A stretch of DNA of 64,000 bases, from positions 372,001 to 436,000 of the forward strand of contig JASTWF010000321.1 in assembly GCA_030390025.1 (NCBI GenBank), written 5' to 3'. Below the pieces are notes generated by a model. It searched no databases, was not told the DNA's origin, and was given only the letters and a program-made list of their open reading frames with translations. This stretch comes from Squalus acanthias (lineage: Eukaryota). Every line of letters begins with the position of its first letter. The first letter of the stretch is position 1. Below are positions 13,283-24,338 of the stretch, piece after piece. A program made the position numbers and the translations under genes.

Positions 13283-14125
13283 GCAGATAATGAAGCAGTC
13301 CATGCCCGCATGCAGCAAGACCTGGACGACATTCAGGCTTGGGCTGATAAGTGGCAAGTAACATTCGCGCCACACAGGCAATGACTATCTCCAACAGGCG
13401 AGAGTCTAACCACCGCCCCTTGACATTCAATGGCATTACCATCGCCGAATCCCCCACTATCAACATCCTGGAGGTGACCATTGAAACTTAACTGGAACAG
13501 CCACATAAATACTGTGTCAACAAGAGCAAGTCAGAGGCTGGGTATTCTGTGGCAAGTGTCTCACCTCTTGACTCCCCAAAGCCTTTCCACCATCTACAAG
13601 GCACAAGTCAGGAGTGTGATGGAACACTCTCCACTTGCCTGGATGAGTGCAGCTCCAACAACACTCAAGAAGCTCGACACCATCCAAGACAAAGCAGGCC
13701 ACTTGATTGACACCCCATCCACCGCCTTAAACATTCACTCCCTCCACCACCGGCGTACCGTGGCTGCAGTGTGTACCATCTACAAGATGCACTGCAGCAA
13801 CTCTTAAGGCTTCTTCGACAGCACCTCTCAAGCCCACAACCTCTACCACCTAGAAGGACAAGGGCAGCATGGGAACACCACCACCTCTAAGTTCCTCTCC
13901 AAGTTACACACCATCCTGACTTAGAAATATATCGCCGTTCCTTCATCGTCGCTGGGTCAAAATCCTGGAACTCCCTCCCTAACAGCACTGTGGGAGAACC
14001 TTCACCACACGGACTGCAGCGGTTCAAGAAGGCGGCTCACCACCACCTTCTCATTGGCAACTAGGGATGGGCAATAAATGCTGGCCTTGCCGGTGACACC
14101 CACATCCCAGGAATGAGTAAAACAA
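13283..14125 (+). mobile_element. LINE family B 3' fragment
   Basis: MQQDLDDIQAWADKWQVTF, IYKAQVRSVMEHSPLAW and 3' UTR as at 1757-2545. Confidence 0.85.
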
Positions 14126-14632
14126 AAGGACCCAGACGTGAGCTGTCTTCAAATGTGATTTGAGCAGATGCACGTCTAAAGGTGGTTCGCTGCTCCAGAT
14201 GGTCCCATTGCTACGTTGTCAATCAAGCACCAGTCGAGAGGTGATCTAAATGCGGGATGGGTTATTGTATTGAAGAAATCCTCAAACAATTGGTGCACTC
14301 AAAAGCAATGCCTGGTCATTCAAGAGATATCTAGTACCTTAATGTCGACAAATTTATTTGATCTCTGCTAGTCTTAAAAGGGAGGCCTTTTAAAAATCAG
14401 CACCTGAAGAAAGAATTGGCATTTCTCCAGCACCTTTCACCACCTCAGGACGTCCCAAAGCACTTTACAGCCAATGAAGTGCTTTTGAAGTGTAGTCACT
14501 GTTGTAATGTAGGAAACGCAGCAGCCAATTTAAGTAAAGCAGTGGAAAAGCTGGAAAAGGAGTCAAGGCAGCAGAGAAACAGAGAGGGAACATGACCTCT
14601 ACACTGTCAGCAAGATCGATGCAAGAGCTAAT

Positions 14633-15320
14633 GGGGGGAAAATTCAGTTGGTTGCGCCTCCCGTTAGCGCCTTAAGATGACGCTAATGGGGCGCAAAGCA
14701 ACTAGCGCCCGGGCGCGGCGATGTTTGCGCCGCTCGCGAAATTAACTAGACATTTTGCGGCGGCGCTAAACACTACCGCCACGATCTCCTGCGCCGGCAG
14801 ATCATAGAAACATAGAAACATAGAATCTAGGAGCAGGAGTAGGCCATTCGGCCCGTCGAGCCTGCTCCGCCATTCAATACGATCATGGCTGATCATCCAA
14901 ATCCAGTACCCTGTCCCTGCTTTAATCCCCACAGTACACATATCCCACCCTACCCCCGTAACCCCACGTATTTAATTCCCCCTAACATATCCCATCCTAT
15001 CCCCATAACCCCACATATTTAATCCCCCCTAACACTAAGGGTCAATTTATCATAGCCAAATCAACCTAACCCACACATTTTTGGACTGTGGGAGGAAACC
15101 GGAGCACCCGGAGGAAACCCACGCAGACACGGGGAGAATGTGCAAACTCCACACAGACAGTCACCCGAGGTCAAGATTCGAACCCGGGTCTCTGGCGCTG
15201 TGAGGCACCAGTGCTAACCACTATGCCACCGTGACGTCAGTCGAGTGTGCAACGCCCCGGTAGCGCCCCGGAGCGGATATTGAGTGGTGCCCCCTGCCTT
15301 ACCGCCTGCCGCTAGCAACG
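14633..15320 (-). mobile_element. Half of a MITE-like element (inverse of 49265-49515), interrupted by a SINE
   Basis: GGGGGGAAAATTCAGTTG terminus; 14633-14802 plus 15232-15320 is the reverse complement of 49265-49515. Confidence 0.7.
14803..15231 (-). mobile_element. HE1-like V-SINE with CR1-derived 3' tail
   Basis: tRNA head (GGTGGCATAGTGG..GGTTCGAATC), V-domain TGTGTGGAGTTTGCACATTCTCCCCGTGTCTGCGTGGGTTTCCTCCGGGTGCTCCGGTTTCCTCCCACA, short tandem repeats, CR1-like 3' end with (TTTCTATG)n. Confidence 0.85.
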
Positions 15321-16275
15321 ACAGAGAATTCCAAAGATTCACCACCCTCTGAGTGAAAAAATTTCTCCTCATCTCAGTCCTAAATGGCTGACCCCTTATT
15401 CTGAGACTGTGACCCCTGGTTCTAGACTCCCCAGCCAGGGGAAACATCCTCCCTGCATCTACCCTGTCAAACCCTGTAAGAATTTTGTGCATTTCAATGA
15501 GATCATCGCTCATTCTTCTAAACTCTAGAGAATATAGGCCTAGTCTACTCAATCTCTCCTCATAGGACAATCCCCCCATCCCAGGAACCAGTCTGGTGAA
15601 CCTTTGTTGCACTCCCTCTATGGCAAGTATATCCTTCCTATGGCCCTATATAATTGTAGTAAGACGTCTTTACTCTTATACTCAAATCCTCTTGTAATAA
15701 AGGCCAACATATCATTTGGTTTCTTAATTGCTTGCTGTACCTGCTTGTTACCTTTCAGTGATTCGTGTACAAGGACACCCAGGTCCCTCTGAACACCAAC
15801 ATTTCCCAATCTCTCACCATTTAAAAAATACTCTGATTTTCTGTTTTTCCTACCAAAGTGGATAACTTCACATTTCTCCACATTATATTCCATGTGCCAT
15901 GTTCTTGCCCACTCACTTAGCCTGTCTATATCCCCTTGAAGCCTCCTTGCATTCTCTTCACAACTTACATTCCCACCCAGCTTTGTATCAGCAGCAAACT
16001 TGGATATATTACATTTGGTCCCCTCATCCAAATCATTGATGTAGATTGTGAATAGCTGAGGCCCAAGAACTGATCCTTGCGGTACCCCACTAGTTACAGC
16101 CTGCCAACTCCTTTATTCCTACTCTCTGTTTTCTGTCCGTTAACCAATCCTCAATCCATGCTCGTATATTAACCCAATCTCATGAGCCCTAATTTTGTTT
16201 AATAACCTATTATGTGGCACCTTATTGAATGCCATCTGAAAATCCAAATACACCACATCCACTGATTCCCCCTTA
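15320..16275 (-). mobile_element. CR1 RT fragment
   Basis: VDVVYLDFQ, ISKFAADTKLGG, QRDLGVLVH, RRNFFTQRVVNLWNSL. Confidence 0.88.
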
Positions 16276-16289
16276 ACGTAGAGAAATAC

Positions 16290-16628
16290 AGCAGCCATTT
16301 TGCACACAGCAAGGCCCCACAAACAACATGTGATAATGACCAGACATTCAGGTTTTTAGTGATGTTGGTTGAGGGATAAATATTGGTCAGGACACCGGGG
16401 ATAACTCCCCTGCTCTTCTTCGAAATAGTGCCATGGGATCTTTTATGTTCACCTGAGACGGCAGATGTGCTCAGTTTAACGTCTCATCTGAAAGACGGCA
16501 CCTCCGACATTGCAGCCCTCCCTCAGCACTGCACTGAAGTGTCAGTCTAGATTTTGTGCTCAAGTCTCTGGAGTGGACAAACTTTTGACCCAGAGGCCAG
16601 AGTGCTACCACTGAGCCACAGTTGACAC
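16290..16628 (-). mobile_element. SacSINE1-like SINE
   Basis: Reverse-complement similarity to 9352-9720. Confidence 0.75.
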
Positions 16629-16652
16629 CTACATTAGCATTTCTATTCAATG

Positions 16653-18323
16653 TGTAGAATTCGCAATATTATCGCGATTTTATATAATAAGGAGGAGACA
16701 CATAGTTTCGTACAAACAGCTTTATTTCAGCAGAATGCTGTCAGGTTGTCAAAGTGGACAGAAGCATACCTGTAAAATGGCCGCCACGCCTCGTGGCAGA
16801 ACGTTCTAGACTTTCCGATAAGCAGACAAGATGGCGTTCCAATAAACATTTGTGCGAGATCGGACGAGACTCAGCACATTTGAGATAATTCACAAGACAT
16901 AATGGGTTTGCATTTTACACATAAATACTGGAATCGGTCTCCCAGGTGCGAATAAGGGCTATTGTACCAAGCGATCAAGAACCCATCCAAAGACATTAAT
17001 ATGCAAAATCCCCACGACTCTACGATGAGAGAGCCGTTTGCGGGTAGTTACAGAAAGCATTTGGAAGCCCCAAAACCCCTCCAGGGAGACTACTAGCCGG
17101 TTCCACAATGGGAGAAGTATTAACGGGTACTCAGACAGTTACAAGTATCACCGAAACCCATTAAAGACGGAGATCACCCTATACAAGAAGTTTGAGCGCC
17201 AAAACCCTGACAAAAGATAGACATTAAGATTGGGCGGGAAAAGAGGAATTGCAGCACTATAACTGTAAGGTACAACCGTCCATCTGCCTCTTGCCGCTTG
17301 CTCTTGACTTTTGGATCCTGACTCTTGCTGCTCGACTTGCTAGAAGACTTTTGAACTTTCTGATCCGCCAGGATCAACCTCGTGGCTTGCCGCGAAGATC
17401 TGTGGAGAACTGGGCTGTGAAGCCTTGAAACGGGCACACCATCCCGAGAAGTCGGTAAACGGTGTTGGAACCGAAGGCCCGAGATGAGATGAGATGAGAT
17501 GAGATGAGATGAGAAGAGAAGAAGACGACCATACGTATCGCCACGGTCAGTAAGCCCCGACCGCGCCTGTAGGTCGAATAAACACTTTTCTTGCCCAGGA
17601 AGACTATTCTTTGAGTTTTACAAACTGGCGTGAGGGCACAGGAAGACCATTCTTCGAGTTTTATCGCATCGGTGCGAGGGCACAGGAAGACTATTTTTCG
17701 AGTCGTGTCGGAACTCCGAGGACAACACAGATCTTCATGACAGCAGACGGTCCAGCCTGCTAGCCGGAGCAGAAACGAGTAAACAAGTGGGGTACAGAGA
17801 CCCCTGATCAACACGTGGGTGGTCAGGTGCTGCGGTAAAAACATCCGAGCAGAGTTTCGTAATTCTCCGAGTTATCACGAGTGGTGAGCATGAGTCTCGA
17901 TCCTACAAATCTAGTTTAGGACAGGTATTGATAGGGGAGGGTTTAAGTTTTAAGGATAATTGTAATGTGTGTCCCCTTTTACCTTTTACGATGTGTCGTG
18001 CGCTCCTCGTTTCCCTAAAATTAGTTACATAACTGCGTGTAAGATTGTACTGTCATTAATCTGTGCTTATGACATGTATTTCGTAATCTTGAATAATATG
18101 CAATAAAGATTTTCCATTTCACACTATTCAACCGGGTCTACCTGAGTTTTCTCATCATTATTGCTCTCGCACCTAAGTCCAGTGTCAGAACCGTAAGGGC
18201 GAGTGGGTCGAACCACTCACAGGTGCTTATTGCAACAAGGCTGGCCGGAGACCAGAGCAAGCAATAGTATTAGGCAACGAAGGCCTAACCCCGCACAAGC
18301 ACCACGAACCGTAACCCCTTACA
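16653..18323 (+). repeat. 5' LTR (1671 bp)
   Basis: Starts TGTAGAATTCGC, ends CCCCTTACA; homologous to 24339-28522 and, inverted, to 25481-27118; internal (GAGAT)n near 17480; AATAAA at 18102. Confidence 0.92.
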
Positions 18324-18328
18324 GAAAA

Positions 18329-18346
18329 TGGCGACCGCGGCAGGAC
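18329..18346 (+). promoter_or_regulatory. Primer-binding site, tRNA-Arg(UCG)
   Basis: TGGCGACCGCGGCAGGAC is the reverse complement of the vertebrate tRNA-Arg(UCG) 3' end GTCCTGCCGCGGTCG-CCA as I recall it; 5 nt after the LTR. Confidence 0.88.
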
Positions 18347-18381
18347 ATTGACAGCGAGAGAATAATGTGTTAGACCCTGGT

Positions 18382-20133
18382 ATGAATGGGCGAAATGTCA
18401 TGGAAGAGAGAATAGCAGATTATGTGTTTGGAAAAGTGAATTTGACTAAGAAATGGATAAGTGACCTGCTGGTTGATAAGCGTCCACTAGAGGCAGCCGA
18501 GAGGTGGACAGATAGCAAGGAACATAAAAAGGCAGTGGAGAAAGCGGTCTGGCTGATGTGCTATAAAAGATAAGTCCAAATTTCGGACCAGGTCATCTTA
18601 GCACAGGCAGCTCAGATCAAGAGTTTAGATGTGGAAATGGACGAGAAGGTCGCGGGGGGGCAGCAGCTCATCACGACTTTAAATGCGTTGCATCAAGAAC
18701 GCCAGTTAGTCGCCAACCACCATGAGGCAAAAATAGATTACCTCGAGTGCCAGGTCACTGAGGCAAAGTTAAATGAGGGCAGATTAAAGGAACGATGTGC
18801 CCGCCTAGCTGCCCAAATAAAAGTCCAGGAAGAGAGCTTAACGGGGGTTAGGGCGGCATATAAGATGGCCCTCGAGGATAAATTTCAGGGGGCCGATCAC
18901 AGCGTCTGCCAAAAAGAGATAGGGAACCTTAAAAAGGCCTTGAAGAAAGCGCACGGCATGGTGTGCCTTATCAGCCCGTCAGCACACCAGCCGCTAGTGG
19001 ATGAGGGATTTCAGAAATCCCCACCGAACAAAGCAGAGGAAGTATTAGCCACTGTGCCCTCCACGCCACCCAGCTATTCGGCAACCTGGGTGAGGGAGGA
19101 AGTGGTAGAAGTAGAGAAAGAGCCCACTGAGGTAGAAGTGAAGCCGGGACCGTTGTGTCCGGTCACGGGTATCAAGAGGGGCCCGAACAGAGACGGTGGG
19201 GCACAGGGGGATCTCCTCAACCAGCTTGTGTTGCCTCACAGCTCACACCAGCTGAGGGTTATGATCAGTCATGTACGGAAGCTGGCCGAGTCAGACGACC
19301 CTTCCGTACATTTCAGGGAAGTAGAGCAAACCGCAGCCATTAACGGCTGCGACGATGGGGAAAAAGCAAAAATGCTGTTATTCTCATTAGACAGCTCGAT
19401 CCTTCAGTGTCTCTCAGACGAGAGCAAGAGGGGAACTAATACCTATGGGGAGCTAAGAGATGAGGTCCTAGAAGTGTTGGGAATGGACGATGAAGGTCCG
19501 TTCGTTCGATTGGGACGAACAGTGCAGATGGAGGGAGAACCCCCGAAGGTTTTCGCCGACAGGCTGTGGCCAGTATACCAGCGTAGCTGCCCAGGCGCGC
19601 CAGCGCGTCACCGCATAGACGGTGTCGGTTTAACTCATTGGCTCAGGTGTATAGTAGCCAACAGTTTGCCAGCCGTCAGGGAGCAGGCCAAAGCATGGTT
19701 TGATCCCACTAACCCCGCCACTACAGAGGAGTCGGTCCTAAATCGACTCACGGTAGGGTACCGTAATACCAGGAGTACGGGAGCACGTCCCCTTAAGGGA
19801 AAGGTGCATGAGGCACGACCCGCAGCCCCGGCTCAAAAGGAGTGGCATCAGGAGGGTAACCGCGCCCCGCAGGCCAGTAATGCTTGTTACGGGTGTGGGA
19901 AGACAGGGCATTGGCGCAAGAACTGCAGGAACCCTTGGAAGGAGTCCAGGGATAAAAATCCCGCAGTCCGAGCCCAGGCGCCTATCTCCGATAGGGGAGC
20001 TAGTGCACCCATCCATCCCGATGCGATCGAATCAGTGTTGGGAGCCATGCGCACCCTCATGATTTCGCATGGAAGGGTGGCAGTTGCTACCGGCCCCACA
20101 GATGCCGCAGCCCCGTCCAACAGTACCCAATGA
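18382..20133 (+). pseudogene. gag: gag (~583 codons) with one premature TAA at 18571-18573
   Basis: ORFs 18367-18573 and 18631-20133 share a frame with a single stop between them; N-terminal coiled coil, MHR-like QMEGEPPKVFADRL (19525-19566), zinc knuckle CYGCGKTGHWRKNC (19885-19926). Confidence 0.85.
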
Positions 20134-21243
20134 CTAGAGCCCACGCAGCCTGCCTACCTGTGTCCTTTTAAAAGACACACACAGGAGGGGGTCTCTGGTA
20201 GGGAGGCCAGGTTAGAAGAGCAGGCCTTGCGGGAGGAGAACGCCCGTTTAATCGGGAAAGTAGATGGGCTGGAAGGGCAGCTTAGAGAGCAGGCCCTGCG
20301 GGAGGAGAACGCCCGCTTAATGGGAAAGTTAGACGTGCTCATGCTAGAAGCACAGCTTAGAGAGATAAAAGCAGCCTACAAGGTAGCCAGAAGCAGGGAT
20401 TTAAATCAGTGCAAACTGTATAAGCCGGGTGCACAAGGGCCAACCACAGGGGCCAAACCTGCGAGTGGGGACTCGCAGCCCCAGGTAGGGCCACAGGGCA
20501 CACAGGCAGGCAAAGCAGCTTGCATCAGGGGAGAGGACATCCTAGAAAAATGTGAGATATTTTATTGGGGTTGGGAGACAGATGAGGAAGAGTTCGAGGA
20601 GCTCGACGAAGATAGTGACACTAGCGAGGAGGAGCTGGAATCGGAGGACGAAAGGGTCGCCCCCGATTCAGGTATAGGGGAGACAGGGGCTGCAGATAGA
20701 GATCCACAAAGGGTGGAGGCCGAAGCTGCAGGTCCCGAACGCAGGGGGGCGGAGCTAGAGGAGGCGGAGCCAGCTGCTGTGGTGGGACCACAGGGCGTGG
20801 TGATGGAAGCCTCAGAGCCCGAGCCGCCCGCCTTGAACGTCTTGCCCTCGAGGGAGGTAGGGACTGCGAGTGAAGGGCCGCCTACTGGGCCAAGTAGGGC
20901 GGTGCCACAAGCTGCAGATCCCGAGTTCAGGGAGGCGGAGTCAGGGGAGGCGGAGCCAGCGACTGTGGTGGGACCACGGGTCGCCACGCTGGAAGTCTCG
21001 AAACCCGGTCCGTCAGTCCTGGAGTTCCTGCCCCCGGTAGTTCCCCGTAGGTCAAGTCGGAAACCCCAGCCCAGAAGGATATGGGTAAGTCCCCCGTATG
21101 TCCCCAGGCGTAAGTTCAAGGTCAAGGCAGCTCAGGGAGATCCCAGTCCCAGCGCAGCAGTGACAGGCTGCGGCAGATCAAAGGGAGGGGTCAATGCCCT
21201 CCCACCGTTGGGAGAAGCCTGCGGCAGCAACCGCAGAATTTGA
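20134..21243 (+). CDS. ORF X: in-frame gag read-through extension (369 aa; coiled coil, acidic tract, Pro/Ala/Glu repeats, basic tail), function unknown
   Basis: Open from the codon after gag TGA to 21243 in the gag frame; no protease/RT/RNase H/IN motifs. Confidence 0.65.
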   Translation, partial: LEPTQPAYLCPFKRHTQEGVSGREARLEEQALREENARLIGKVDGLEGQLREQALREENARLMGKLDVLMLEAQLREIKAAYKVARSRDLNQCKLYKPGAQGPTTGAKPASGDSQPQVGPQGTQAGKAACIRGEDILEKCEIFYWGWETDEEEFEELDEDSDTSEEELESEDERVAPDSGIGETGAADRDPQRVEAEAAGPERRGAELEEAEPAAVVGPQGVVMEASEPEPPALNVLPSREVGTASEGPPTGPSRAVPQAADPEFREAESGEAEPATVVGPRVATLEVSKPGPSVLEFLPPVVPRRSSRKPQPRRIWVSPPYVPRRKFKVKAAQGDPSPSAAVTGCGRSKGGVNALPPLGEACGSNRRI

Positions 21244-21540
21244 GTAGGCCGCCCTGGGAACAGGCGGCACTGTACAGTTATTAAGAAGAGTGATATGTTT
21301 AGGATGAGTTTATAAGTTTGAGTTTATAGTTTTAAATCAGGTTAAGTCGGTAGTTTAATTTTGTTAACAGAAAAAGGTAAAATGATGGGAGTTTTAGAGA
21401 TAGGAATAGTTAAAGTCTATCCAGCGCACATGTCTTCTTACGTGAGGCGAGGTCAGGGGACCCGCTCACCCTTCACAAAAGCCAGAGACTCTTGGGAGGC
21501 TGGCTACCTCATTCTATCTGATCACAGGAACCAAGGAAGG

Positions 21541-23892
21541 ATGGAACGAATTCTAGTGGTGCTCACGGCAATCGGATGTGGACTGGCCTATCGAGGCCGC
21601 ACCAAGGACGTCGTGGTGTTTGGATGCTCCGGGGACACGGCCCCCATCGCGGTGGATGGGACCGGAAGGCGAGAGGCTGAGGAGACCGCCACTTATTTCC
21701 ACAAGGGAAGGTGGCCAGGATGGCTGGGAACGAATTCAACTGAGTATTCCAGTACATCGGGTTTTGCCTACCAAGAGACTTCTTTAATGTGCCCCAAAGT
21801 GAGGATCATCGCACCCAGAGGCAGCGTCACCGTCGGCAAACGGATTTGTTTGACTTGTAGTGGGAATGTCCCATTGAGCCGATGGTGGTGGCTGCGAAAG
21901 CTGAGTAAAAACATGAGGAACTCTTCAGTCGAGTGGGAGCGACTGGGTAATAATACCCATCGGACAATTACGGGGACAAACGGACAAGTGAGAGTCTGTT
22001 GGGACAAATGGTGGGAACCGGATGAGGGAATTTATGTATGTATGTGGGGATCAAAGCACGTTTGCCCCAAAGGCATCTCCATATTTTTCATCAATCAATG
22101 GCAGGATAACGGACAGGGGATGAGGTGGGATGCGAGCACCAGGGGATGCGGAGCTCCATACTCTCCGATCCCGGTAAATGCCACTGAACTCATTACGCGC
22201 CCACGCAAAGCCCCGCCCACGATTCCGGTGGTTCTAGCTAAGGAAGAAGGGTGCCCTAAAACCAGTAAGGGACCCGGGAATGGTTTGGTACTGGTCCCCA
22301 CAGACCAGATACTATTTCAGGGGGTACATTACGCGGTGGCCTCGGTGATTTTAAATCTCACCGAGGTGCGGTTACCAGAGTGGTGCCCCAAAAAGACGGA
22401 ACAGTTATATCAGGTCCTGTTGACCAAGATGTTTAGGCAATTTTATGAGTTCGATTTCGCGGAAATTGATAAAACAAGTTTGTACACCGCACCACATGAA
22501 GTTTTGGGTCAGGTGGGGAGGCAAAGAAGGGGTGTTGTGAACGACATGTTCACTGCTTTCAATACAGGTACATCTGTGGTCAACGCTCTAGACAGCGTGG
22601 AGCTGCAGACCCAGATTAATGGTTTAAAAACACAATTAAAAAGCATTCTCACAGATGAAAATAAGGTGGTTGGGTCTGGGTTACACGAGGACCAGGCCAT
22701 GACTCTCCATTTAAAAGAAATAATATCTGAACTAGAGAAACATGCGCGTACGGTAAACGCCCTGATCAGGGAAGATCGGAATGCGTCCGATCAGGCTGCG
22801 CAGAACGATGTGTGCGTGCTTTACGGGGCGTGGTTACTGGGCGAGGGCCGCAGTAATTTGGAGGATTTAAAACAAGGTTTGGTCCCGTCCTGGATAAGTA
22901 ACAAACACCTGCAGGCGCTCCACCCTTTTCAGAACGCTTTAAGCCCGTGCCAGCTCAGACTAGCTTCAGAAGCATACCCAGTCCCCGTGGACTGCGGACG
23001 ATCAAACCATACCATCATGGGTATAGTATTACGTATGCCGGTTTTGGGCGACACAGCAAAGCCCGCCCCGGTGTATCGGGTAGAGAACATTGGTGTCATT
23101 CAGGGGGGAGCCCACATTCGCTATGCAGCGGTTCCACCTTACGTCATCCGCTGGGAGCAAACGATGACAGGTACAGATCTCTCTGGTTGTCGTGGCCGGG
23201 GAGCCCACATAATACTGTGTCCCCAGCACTTGAATGCCTTTTTAACACCGCAGTGCGGGTTCAGAACGGCTGGCGCCAAGCCCATGAATTGCACCATGGA
23301 GGCAATGGCGCAAGATCATGTGCCTCCGCAGGTAGCATACATCGGGGGTGGAACATATTGTGTTACCACTGCAGCGCAACACTACCAGCATGGAAACCGT
23401 AGCCGGTGTCCGGTGAGTGACAGCAGTTTCTGTTTTAAACCCAGGGCGGAAGCTCAAGTAGCACAACAGCGAATTGTCCCGATCCCTGAACCATCCACTG
23501 TTCATCTCACAGTAAAGGAGAATTTTACCGACTTGCAGCGATTCGTCGCGCATTTCGGATACCTCATTCCCCCTCTCCCTGAACACCTCACCAAACTTTT
23601 GAAAGCCGTCGCGGTATCGCAAAAACATTTTTACACACTAGAGCAAAAGACTGTCGAGATAGGGACAGAAATTCTGGACATAGTAATTCCACCATGGTGG
23701 GATCTGTTCGCCAACATTGAAGTCCCTTCCTGGATCAGAATAACCTCCCACATTTTAGTTGTATGCCAAGTGTTTATTGTGATATACTTATTGGTTGTGC
23801 ATTGTAAGAGAGGCAAACGCCTCACCAAGAACGAAAACATGGGAGAGTGGCGAGAACGTTACGTGTGCATGCACGATGAAAGCACCGCGTAA
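21541..23892 (+). CDS. env: Envelope glycoprotein, 783 aa: signal peptide, Ig-like domain, F-type class I fusion protein, TM
   Basis: MERILVVLTAIGCGLA signal; ICLTC..WWW..DEGIYVC; RQRR|GVVNDMFTAFNTGTSVVNALD (22519-22530); heptad repeat; Cys-rich region; TM ILVVCQVFIVIYLLVV; splice acceptor ..tctgatcacag| at 21527. Confidence 0.85.
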   Translation: MERILVVLTAIGCGLAYRGRTKDVVVFGCSGDTAPIAVDGTGRREAEETATYFHKGRWPGWLGTNSTEYSSTSGFAYQETSLMCPKVRIIAPRGSVTVGKRICLTCSGNVPLSRWWWLRKLSKNMRNSSVEWERLGNNTHRTITGTNGQVRVCWDKWWEPDEGIYVCMWGSKHVCPKGISIFFINQWQDNGQGMRWDASTRGCGAPYSPIPVNATELITRPRKAPPTIPVVLAKEEGCPKTSKGPGNGLVLVPTDQILFQGVHYAVASVILNLTEVRLPEWCPKKTEQLYQVLLTKMFRQFYEFDFAEIDKTSLYTAPHEVLGQVGRQRRGVVNDMFTAFNTGTSVVNALDSVELQTQINGLKTQLKSILTDENKVVGSGLHEDQAMTLHLKEIISELEKHARTVNALIREDRNASDQAAQNDVCVLYGAWLLGEGRSNLEDLKQGLVPSWISNKHLQALHPFQNALSPCQLRLASEAYPVPVDCGRSNHTIMGIVLRMPVLGDTAKPAPVYRVENIGVIQGGAHIRYAAVPPYVIRWEQTMTGTDLSGCRGRGAHIILCPQHLNAFLTPQCGFRTAGAKPMNCTMEAMAQDHVPPQVAYIGGGTYCVTTAAQHYQHGNRSRCPVSDSSFCFKPRAEAQVAQQRIVPIPEPSTVHLTVKENFTDLQRFVAHFGYLIPPLPEHLTKLLKAVAVSQKHFYTLEQKTVEIGTEILDIVIPPWWDLFANIEVPSWIRITSHILVVCQVFIVIYLLVVHCKRGKRLTKNENMGEWRERYVCMHDESTA

Positions 23893-24326
23893 ATAGATAA
23901 AATGGTGTCACTCCAGTTTTTCCACGTGCGCCTCAGAATTGTTGTAATTGATCGTGATTTTTCTCAGAAACTGTAATTAAGTTTGGAACTCTACATGTTT
24001 AAGAGTTGGTTTTGATTATTTTCATTTGGTGTTGTTGAATATGATTGTTTGGTTGTTTTTTGTTTTCTTTTTCCTTGAATAAAAAAATATGCATATGCAG
24101 GTGGTGCGAGAGGCATCGGCCTGGTTACACCTGGAAGGAAATACACGCGGTGTAAGTTAAAGGCAAATGCTGCCTACGGTGTTATAAGAATGTAATTTTC
24201 CTGGGAAATAAGGACGACACGGAGACCCTAGATAGTTTTAAGTTATGGGAATTTTTGGATATGGAGAATCGAGATAATATTGCTCACCACAATGTTTTTG
24301 ATACAATAAGCGGAGTTATTCGCATC

Positions 24327-24338
24327 AACAGGAGGGAC
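24327..24338 (+). promoter_or_regulatory. Polypurine tract
   Basis: AACAGGAGGGAC directly before the 3' LTR TG. Confidence 0.7.

Noticed and set aside
17038..17844. Short ORFs within the LTRs
   Set aside because: Mostly non-ATG starts, not conserved in frame across the three LTR copies, and crossing a microsatellite.
20562..21125. 187-aa antisense ORF over ORF X
   Set aside because: Non-ATG start and low complexity; expected as a shadow of a GC-rich sense ORF.
21361..21540. N-terminal 60 aa of the 843-aa env ORF call
   Set aside because: It begins at TTG in an AT-rich spacer, upstream of the splice acceptor and signal-peptide ATG at 21541.
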